Origin: a virus
Lineage: Duplodnaviria; Caudoviricetes
DNA: 40,762 bases
Reading direction: 5' to 3' (one strand)
IMG/VR virus record: IMGVR_UViG_3300022867_000001
Coordinates: 1 to 40,762 of that record
Shown here: in pieces, positions 27,902 through 33,441 of the stretch
Position numbering within the stretch: the first letter of the stretch is position 1
Layout of the letters: the number at the start of each line of letters is the position of its first letter
Position numbers and translations under genes: made by a program
The notes under the pieces: generated by a model
The model's input: only the letters and a program-made list of their open reading frames with translations
Database searches by the model: none
What the model was told of the DNA's origin: nothing

Positions 27902-28783
27902 TTAACTAGCTTTGTTAAAAGTGTTAAGAACATTTACTGCGTCTCGTAGATTATTAGGTATTAAATGTGAATACCTGCTAATCATTTTCCATGACTTATG
28001 ACCTAACATCTGACCAATAAAGTGAAGTTCTACTTTACCTGATTGAGCCATACGTGTTGCACAAGTGTGTCTTAAACAATGAATGACAAACTCTTTGTCG
28101 TCTTGAAGGTTCATTGCTTTTCTTAGTCTTCTCCAAGTATTCTCACAAGTCCAATATTTTAAATGTGAAAACACTAGGTCGTTTCTTCCTACCGCTTTTT
28201 TAAGTAACTTCTCAACGATTAACTTAGCACGTTCTGTTAAAGGTACACCTCTGGGCATATTGTTTTTAGTTACCTCTTTAGGTAAATTAACAACATAATG
28301 ACCATCTACATTGTGTATCATTAGCTTCTTAATAGATAACGCTTCGCCAAGCCTTAAACCGCTATCGATAAGAAAAAGATAGAACTCTAAATAATCAACC
28401 ATATTCCACTCGGTCAATAATTTAATTATTTCTTTTTCTTCGATTGGCTCAAGGTATCTTTCTCGTCCATTGTTACTTTCGTCCTGCCATTGAATATGAG
28501 GCATTCTATCTAAATGATAAATAGACTGTCTCTGATTGGCATAACGTAACATCTTAGAGATTGAGGACATATAACGATTAATAGTTGCAGGAGCAAAACC
28601 TCTGTCCTCCAACGTATCCACAAGATTTTCTATGTGGCTATCGTTAACTTCAGTTACAAGCATTCCCTTACCAAGCATATCAATTATTTTCTCGGCTCGT
28701 TTAGATTGCAACTTTTCCCAACCTTTAAGTGTTAACTTGCGGTGTATCTCCGTCAACAACTTGACATTTTTTGTCTGTTGCAT
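27902..28783 (-). CDS. int: Tyrosine integrase
   Basis: SGLRLGE (R), TKN (K), HCLRH (HxxR), LGHKS (H), RYSH (Y). Confidence 0.95.
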   Translation of the reverse strand: MQQTKNVKLLTEIHRKLTLKGWEKLQSKRAEKIIDMLGKGMLVTEVNDSHIENLVDTLEDRGFAPATINRYMSSISKMLRYANQRQSIYHLDRMPHIQWQDESNNGRERYLEPIEEKEIIKLLTEWNMVDYLEFYLFLIDSGLRLGEALSIKKLMIHNVDGHYVVNLPKEVTKNNMPRGVPLTERAKLIVEKLLKKAVGRNDLVFSHLKYWTCENTWRRLRKAMNLQDDKEFVIHCLRHTCATRMAQSGKVELHFIGQMLGHKSWKMISRYSHLIPNNLRDAVNVLNTFNKAS

Positions 28784-28804
28784 TTGTACCTCCGCTTTTC
28801 ATTG

Positions 28805-29152
28805 TTATTTGACCCATTCAAGAAGAGTATTGTGTACCCTTCTTCCCTTTGCTGTAAGACGCACAAGTTTTCTACGTCTTTCCATTGGGTCTTCAAAGTT
28901 CTCTAATAGACCTATCCCAACTTTTCGGTGTCTGTTGATAGTTGCTAACTTATAGCAATTTCTTGAAACACTTGATTGAGCTATGTCTAAAACCTCCGAT
29001 ATAGCTTGTTGAGCCACACCGTCTTTACCGCCTTTATCCGCTACATAGAAAAAAACAGATATAGCTTGAGCCTCTAACTGTGGGTCAAACTTTCTCATTT
29101 CTTCTATAATCTTCAAAAGATTATTACTCATTTTCTTTCTTCTTTCTTTCAT
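28805..29152 (-). CDS. MarR-like winged-helix protein (regulator or excision factor); start may be 29131
   Basis: QQAISEVLDIAQSSVSRN HTH; EDPMERRRKLVRLTAKG wing motif. Confidence 0.85.
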   Translation of the reverse strand: MKERRKKMSNNLLKIIEEMRKFDPQLEAQAISVFFYVADKGGKDGVAQQAISEVLDIAQSSVSRNCYKLATINRHRKVGIGLLENFEDPMERRRKLVRLTAKGRRVHNTLLEWVK

Positions 29153-29203
29153 GTCTGTTGTCTCTTGTTTTTACAAAGTGAGGTTGACTACACTTTGTTA
29201 AAG

Positions 29204-29332
29204 TCACGATAAATACAACCTATATTTTCCAAAATCAATTATAGTTTCGTACTCATCTTTACTCACTTTTAGATTACTCCAAATATTATATTTTTCAATA
29301 TAGATTTTAAAAAGAATAAAATTGATATTCAT
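29204..29332 (-). CDS. Small hypothetical protein (42 aa)
   Basis: AAGGA SD; MNINFILFKIYIEKYNIWSNLKVSKDEYETIIDFGKYRLYLS. Confidence 0.6.
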   Translation of the reverse strand: MNINFILFKIYIEKYNIWSNLKVSKDEYETIIDFGKYRLYLS

Positions 29333-29345
29333 AATTATCCTTTTG

Positions 29346-29423
29346 TTAGTTGTTAATAGTATCGTGTACTAATAGTTGGTTACACCAAGCGTTATTAAAG
29401 GTGTAAATTATATATTTTCTCAT
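29346..29423 (-). CDS. Small peptide ORF (25 aa)
   Basis: Strong AAAGGAG SD; MRKYIIYTFNNAWCNQLLVHDTINN. Confidence 0.45.
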   Translation of the reverse strand: MRKYIIYTFNNAWCNQLLVHDTINN

Positions 29424-29444
29424 ATTTCTCCTTTCTTTTTGCTA

Positions 29445-29478
29445 ATGCTATCCTGTCGCACATAATATGTGCAATAGG
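29445..29478 (-). promoter_or_regulatory. Putative host sigma70 promoter overlapped by an operator-like palindrome
   Basis: TTGCAC-N18-TAGCAT; CCTGTCGCACATA-A-TATGTGCAATAGG inverted repeat at 29452-29478. Confidence 0.5.
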
Positions 29479-29498
29479 AAATAATGAGTTATTAACAT

Positions 29499-29559
29499 GC
29501 AAAATACACCGTCTAGTCTTTAGACGGCATTTCGGCTATTGAAGCCTCGTCAGTTTTGC
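29499..29559 (-). ncRNA. Hammerhead ribozyme, type I
   Basis: GCAAAA CUGACGA GGCU-UCAAU-AGCC GAAA UGCCGUCUA-AAGAC-UAGACGGUG UA^UUUUGC; full core and all three stems; predicted cut between 29505 and 29504. Confidence 0.9.
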
Positions 29560-29603
29560 TTTTTAGAACTTTTCCATTAGTCCTCCATTGTTGATTTTTG
29601 GAT

Positions 29604-29855
29604 TTAATCTCTGCAACCAATAGGTTCTGGTTTATTATGTAACACCCCACACCCTAATGGACTTAAATCGCAAAAAGGATACGCAGGACAACCTAAATGT
29701 TTTCTATCATTATCTAAGTTTTTTTTAGGTTTCTTTTTTTTAGCAGTGATTTTTGATTTCTTTTTCTTGCCAAAGATGGCGTCCCAATTCTCTTTGTATT
29801 TCTCTGAGGGTATGTGAACGCCGTCTCGTATTTTATAAGATTTAAAGCCTGACAT
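29604..29855 (-). CDS. Hypothetical basic, Cys-containing early protein (83 aa)
   Basis: ORF, TAATG-coupled to upstream gene. Confidence 0.6.
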   Translation of the reverse strand: MSGFKSYKIRDGVHIPSEKYKENWDAIFGKKKKSKITAKKKKPKKNLDNDRKHLGCPAYPFCDLSPLGCGVLHNKPEPIGCRD

Positions 29856-30041
29856 TATTTAAAAGATATCTCCATCATGCCGTCACCAATGTTTTTTGTT
29901 TTGATACCTGAAAAGTCTTTTTTCAATCTTTTTGAAAGCACCTTGTAAGCCTTATTTTTTAATACTGAAGGTTTAGACCATGTAAGGCTTTTATCCCTCA
30001 TCATTTTGTCCTCGTCACTCATGTATATTTTTTTTTGTCAT
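29855..30041 (-). CDS. Small early ORF, frameshifted at an A9 tract (intact 55-aa frame 29855-30022)
   Basis: GGAG SD precedes ATG at 30041, which stops after 8 codons; removing one A joins it to MSDEDKMMRDK... Confidence 0.5.
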
Positions 30042-30059
30042 GTTTCACTCCGTTGATTG

Positions 30060-30146
30060 TTGATTAAATAAAAACGCCGTCTAGTCCACGCTTCAGTCAA
30101 TACTAAAAAGTTTGATAATCACGCTAGAACTAGAAAACATTTATTT
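30060..30146 (-). repeat. Hairpin family B copy (long interrupted stem)
   Basis: 28 bp (30060-30087) identical to 30445-30472; UGUUUUCUAGUUC pairs with GGACUAGACGGCG. Confidence 0.7.
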
Positions 30147-30149
30147 GAT

Positions 30150-30205
30150 TTGACTTATATAAAAAGTCTCAAAGCCTACTCTGTGTGAATAGGCTTTAAG
30201 TCTGT
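30150..30205 (-). repeat. Intergenic repeat A, copy 1 (double hairpin)
   Basis: ACAGACTTAAAGCCTATTCACACAGAGTAGGCTTTGAGACTTTTTATATAAGTCAA. Confidence 0.9.
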
Positions 30206-30427
30206 CTATAACTTTTTAATTATGATTTTTGCTGTTTTATCTTTCATAATTTTTCTTGCTTGATTGATGGCTTTTCTATCTGAGGCAATAAACATACCTT
30301 TAACAGTTGTTGGAATACCGCCCATAGTAATTCTTTGGGGAATATCCATAAAAGCATAATAAGTGTCTATTGTCCCATCATTGAAATTCATACAATGTTT
30401 ATAAATTGTATATTCTTGCTCTACCAT
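30206..30427 (-). CDS. Hypothetical early protein (73 aa)
   Basis: GGAG SD, CAA-rich leader. Confidence 0.7.
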   Translation of the reverse strand: MVEQEYTIYKHCMNFNDGTIDTYYAFMDIPQRITMGGIPTTVKGMFIASDRKAINQARKIMKDKTAKIIIKKL

Positions 30428-30444
30428 TTTTGCTCCATTGTTGA

Positions 30445-30494
30445 TTGATTAAATAAAAACGCCGTCTAGTCCTTAGCAAAGAATTAAACGGCGT
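30445..30494 (-). repeat. Hairpin family B copy
   Basis: ACGCCGTTTAATTCTT-TGCT-AAGGACTAGACGGCGT followed by TTTTATTT. Confidence 0.7.
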
Positions 30495-30508
30495 AATTGT
30501 ATTATTTA

Positions 30509-30643
30509 TTAACTAACTTTTTTAATAGGAAAGTTAATTACATTAGATGTTGGACGCAGTGAGGCTCGGACTTTTTGCACTGTACTTGTCGCCAAGTAAC
30601 ACACCGCCAACTCTTCGAGGCTAAAAAGTGAAAGTTGTTTCAC
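30509..30643 (-). CDS. Small hypothetical protein (44 aa, GTG start)
   Basis: TAGTG overlap; MKQLSLFSLEELAVCYLATSTVQKVRASLRPTSNVINFPIKKVS. Confidence 0.5.
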   Translation of the reverse strand: MKQLSLFSLEELAVCYLATSTVQKVRASLRPTSNVINFPIKKVS

Positions 30644-30807
30644 TAACTAAGCCAACCTTCAGCAATAGCATTATGAAACATTTTTAGCTTTTGCTCTTGT
30701 GGTGCGTTTTGGTAGTCCTCAAAGTGTTTCTTCTTCTCGGTCTCGTCTCGATACTTAAAGGCACTCTCTGCCCTTTGTATCTTTTGAACACATCTTGCAA
30801 TCTGCAT
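30643..30807 (-). CDS. Small hypothetical protein (54 aa)
   Basis: AGGAG SD; MQIARCVQKIQRAESAFKYRDETEKKKHFEDYQNAPQEQKLKMFHNAIAEGWLS. Confidence 0.7.
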   Translation of the reverse strand: MQIARCVQKIQRAESAFKYRDETEKKKHFEDYQNAPQEQKLKMFHNAIAEGWLS

Positions 30808-30839
30808 GTGTGGTTCTCCTATTGTTGGTTGATTGTTGA

Positions 30840-30897
30840 TTGACTTTTAAAAAAAAAGTCTCAAAGCCTACCCTGTGCAAATAGGCTTTAAGTCTGT
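30840..30897 (-). repeat. Intergenic repeat A, copy 2
   Basis: Near-identical to 30150-30205. Confidence 0.9.
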
Positions 30898-30904
30898 TTT
30901 TAAT

Positions 30905-31465
30905 TTACCAACTTTTATTGAAGATATGAACTTTGTAATTGTCCGCCTTGCACTCCATATAATCAAATGACAAATCACGCTCAAAGCTGTCATAGTCAAA
31001 ATATCTTGCAAGTGTAGAATTGCTGTCATTGTCTAAGCCTTCAACGGTGTCGTTTGCGTAATCTTGGGCAAACTCTTTGAAGCTGTCATAAGTACCGTGA
31101 AAAGCGTCTTCAAAATGTTCAAGGTCTTCAACTGACCAATGTTCAATGAAGCCTTCAACCGCTTTTACTCCGTGCAATTTAATTGCCTCCACAACTTCAA
31201 TTACTTTTTCTAAATCTGGATATTCTCCCAAATTTGGAAAATTGTCATAGTCATGTATTGCGTATTCCTCTGCGTCTGGACTTGGTGACGATTTAAGAAC
31301 CTCCGCAATTTGTGCTTCTAGTTCGTCTTTGTCTGTCTTTGGCTCAATCCAAGAACCATACAGAACGCCTGAATTGTAAGACGATAAACAAGCTATGTAT
31401 ATTTTAGATTTTTCTATTTCGTCAACTTTGCTTAACTCATTTGTTTTAATTGTATTAGTTTGCAT
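30905..31465 (-). CDS. ardA: Antirestriction protein ArdA (DNA mimic)
   Basis: IYIACLSSYNSGVLYGSW, EEYAIHDYD, LARYFDYDSFERDL; highly acidic. Confidence 0.9.
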   Translation of the reverse strand: MQTNTIKTNELSKVDEIEKSKIYIACLSSYNSGVLYGSWIEPKTDKDELEAQIAEVLKSSPSPDAEEYAIHDYDNFPNLGEYPDLEKVIEVVEAIKLHGVKAVEGFIEHWSVEDLEHFEDAFHGTYDSFKEFAQDYANDTVEGLDNDSNSTLARYFDYDSFERDLSFDYMECKADNYKVHIFNKSW

Positions 31466-31501
31466 TGTGTTAACTCCATGTGTTGATTGTTGATTGTTGA
31501 T

Positions 31502-31556
31502 TTGACTTTATAAAAAGTCTCAAAGCCTACCCTGTGTGAATAGGCTTCAAGTCTGT
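31502..31556 (-). repeat. Intergenic repeat A, copy 3
   Basis: Near-identical to the other two copies. Confidence 0.9.
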
Positions 31557-31569
31557 TTATAATTAATAT

Positions 31570-31788
31570 TTATGAGTTCTTAACTATGTACATTTTACGA
31601 ACTCTTACGGCTCGGTTTCTATCGTCAAATACAACAGGCTCAATTTTATTTTTAATCATGTTGTTATATTGGTTCTGGTGTTTTTCTAATTCGTGCAAAG
31701 CCTGTGTGTAGTTTAGTTTCTCATCTTCAAAGAAATAAAAAGACTTACTCAGGTTTTGCGTATCAACTTTAATTGAATAGGTGTCCAT
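31570..31788 (-). CDS. Hypothetical protein (72 aa), first gene of the early operon
   Basis: GGAG SD directly after the ribozyme. Confidence 0.7.
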   Translation of the reverse strand: MDTYSIKVDTQNLSKSFYFFEDEKLNYTQALHELEKHQNQYNNMIKNKIEPVVFDDRNRAVRVRKMYIVKNS

Positions 31789-31799
31789 GTGTGTCTCCG

Positions 31800-31857
31800 T
31801 TGTTTGTTTCAGCGTTGCTCCGCCTCGTCAGTGACGTATTAAACGCCATACAAACAA
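31800..31857 (-). ncRNA. Hammerhead ribozyme, type III
   Basis: UUGUUUG UA^UGGCGU-UUAAU-ACGUCA CUGACGA GGCG-GAGCAA-CGCU GAAA CAAACAA; predicted cut between 31849 and 31848. Confidence 0.9.
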
Positions 31858-32022
31858 GCTGTCCGTAACATCACGCTAGTGACCGCTTACAGCTTCGGAG
31901 GACTTTCCACACACCTTAAAGACTTACTCGCCCAGATAAACCAACTCGCAATGGTTGTGCCTGTGTGTGGCTCATGTTTTTTGTATGTAGATAAAAAACA
32001 GTAAAAATAAATAACTATTCTC

Positions 32023-32051
32023 TCTGTAAACTAAGCATATGTGGATTGCAA
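32023..32051 (-). promoter_or_regulatory. Putative host sigma70 early promoter
   Basis: TTGCAA-N17-TACAGA with upstream A-tracts (UP-element-like). Confidence 0.5.
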
Positions 32052-32112
32052 TAGTTAATTTCACTTTTTTTCATTTTTTTTGTATAAGCTAAATAAGGCT
32101 TATTTAGTGTGG

Positions 32113-32161
32113 TTTATAGGACTTTATAGGATTATAAGTTATTTAATAGGATTTTATGGGA
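32113..32161. repeat. Short degenerate TATAGGA repeats
   Basis: Four to five variants (ttatagga, ttatagga, taatagga, ttatggga); reminiscent of T7 end-proximal short repeats. Confidence 0.5.
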
Positions 32162-32186
32162 GGAATTAACGCTATAAGTGCATACA

Positions 32187-32348
32187 TTAATATTTATCAT
32201 TTAAAGTGATACCAATTGGAAAATGAAAACTAAAACTCTTATTTTCTTTAACCTTCTTTATTTTTGTTTTGCTCTTTCTCTTTGTCTCTTTGCCTTTGAG
32301 TGTCTTTTGGTATCTTCTCTGGGCTTCTCTTTGTGCTTGTGTTTTCAT
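32187..32348 (-). CDS. Small basic protein (53 aa, MKTQAQREAQRRYQKTLKGK...)
   Basis: Open frame downstream of a phage promoter; overlaps 32248-32400 in another frame. Confidence 0.4.
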   Translation of the reverse strand: MKTQAQREAQRRYQKTLKGKETKRKSKTKIKKVKENKSFSFHFPIGITLNDKY

Positions 32349-32400
32349 AGTCTTTCTCTGGTTGTTTGTATTTGCTTGGGTGTTTAAATGTGAATGTCAT
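32248..32400 (-). CDS. Small charged protein (50 aa, MTFTFKHPSKY...)
   Basis: First ATG after promoter 32426-32442. Confidence 0.4.
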   Translation of the reverse strand: MTFTFKHPSKYKQPEKDYENTSTKRSPEKIPKDTQRQRDKEKEQNKNKEG

Positions 32401-32425
32401 TGATTATCTCTATTAGGTTAATATT

Positions 32426-32442
32426 CTAATAGTGCAGGTTTA
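32426..32442 (-). promoter_or_regulatory. Phage RNAP promoter TAAACCTGCACTATTAG (end-proximal)
   Basis: Matches the 5-copy consensus. Confidence 0.85.
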
Positions 32443-32577
32443 CTCTCTGCGTGTACTCTTTATAGTTATTACTATTAATGATATAATTACTGAGGTGATA
32501 CCTATAGATAGACCTTAGGTTAACTTTAAGAGATACTTTAAGTAGATACTTAGAGTGTATCTTTTTTATCATACCTT

Positions 32578-32594
32578 CTAATAGTGCAGGTTTA
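32578..32594 (-). promoter_or_regulatory. Phage RNAP promoter TAAACCTGCACTATTAG (end-proximal)
   Basis: Identical to 32426-32442. Confidence 0.85.
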
Positions 32595-32712
32595 CTATTC
32601 ATTAACCTTATGACCTTAACCCTGCGTTACCTTCTCAATGCCTCTGTGCGTGGCTCTGTGTGGCTCTGTGAGTGTGTTCCTGTGGTGCATTAGATGAGTT
32701 GAAGGATTGCAC

Positions 32713-32814
32713 GGCGTGTGCCTGTGCGTGGTACTTAAAGAGTAACAAGGCGTGTGTCTTTGCGTGGTACTTAAAGAGTAACAAGGCGTGTGTCTTTGCG
32801 TGGTACTTAAAGAG
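32713..32814. repeat. 36-bp tandem repeat, about 2.8 copies
   Basis: GGCGTGTGTCTTTGCGTGGTACTTAAAGAGTAACAA units at 32713, 32749 and 32785. Confidence 0.92.
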
Positions 32815-33021
32815 CCAATGCAAAAAAACAGACTATCTCTCACACGTACACGAATAAAAAAAGTACACGCCCACACAGCCCCACACAAAGGATATGCAGT
32901 CCTTATACATAGAAAAAACCCTTTAAAGCCTCACTTTTGGTAGTTTTTGCACTCGCCCACACGCACCGCACGGGGGAAACTGCCGTCCTGTGTATATCAA
33001 ATACCCACACAGATTTTCTCT

Positions 33022-33441
33022 TTAAATATTTGCCATGCGTTCAGACATACGGTTAGCACGATTGGGTGTCTGTTTAGCCCATAGACTATCTAGCATCTCC
33101 ACACTGGCAGTCTTATAGTCCTCATCTTGTAGAGCTTTAAGCATACCCTTAAACTTAGAGACCCCATAAGCACCCATCTGATAACACATTTCAACCACTA
33201 TATGTCTAGCAGTGTCGTGGACATTGGGACATAACATAAGGACATCTTCCGCACCTGTCACAGCACGAGCAAAGTCTCTTTCAAAGAGCTTTTCCCACCC
33301 TGCCATATCTGTAGGTGTATCTTCGCCTTCTATCATTTTGTGACCATAGCCACCTGTTTCAAAACCTAAAGTATCTTTATAAACTTCCATACGGAAACCT
33401 TCTTCTTTTTTAATCTCTTTTTTAGTCTGTTCTAAGTCCAT
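33022..33441 (-). CDS. Lysozyme / endolysin (T4-lysozyme-like muramidase)
   Basis: EEG-x-YKDTLGFETGGYGH (E/D/T triad), DSLWAKQTPNRANR. Confidence 0.9.
   Translation of the reverse strand: MDLEQTKKEIKKEEGFRMEVYKDTLGFETGGYGHKMIEGEDTPTDMAGWEKLFERDFARAVTGAEDVLMLCPNVHDTARHIVVEMCYQMGAYGVSKFKGMLKALQDEDYKTASVEMLDSLWAKQTPNRANRMSERMANI

Noticed and set aside
30008-30020. GUGACGAGG as a third hammerhead core
   Set aside because: Lacks the C of CUGA and a following stem II-GAAA; lies in coding sequence
30150-31556. Repeat A as a hammerhead or integron attC site
   Set aside because: No CUGANGA core or stem I; no RYYYAAC/GTTRRRY ends; integrase is phage-type
31880-31910. GUCCUCCGAAGC as a twister ribozyme loop
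   Set aside because: Spacing and other conserved twister elements could not be matched
31917-31976. 19-codon ORF MSHTQAQPLRVGLSGRVSL
   Set aside because: No SD; sequence better explained by RNA structure
32713-32814. 36-bp repeats as a CRISPR array
   Set aside because: Units are directly tandem with no unique spacers, and there are no cas genes
32616-32888. Three ORF-track ORFs over the tandem repeat
   Set aside because: Overlapping on both strands, repeat-derived, no convincing SD
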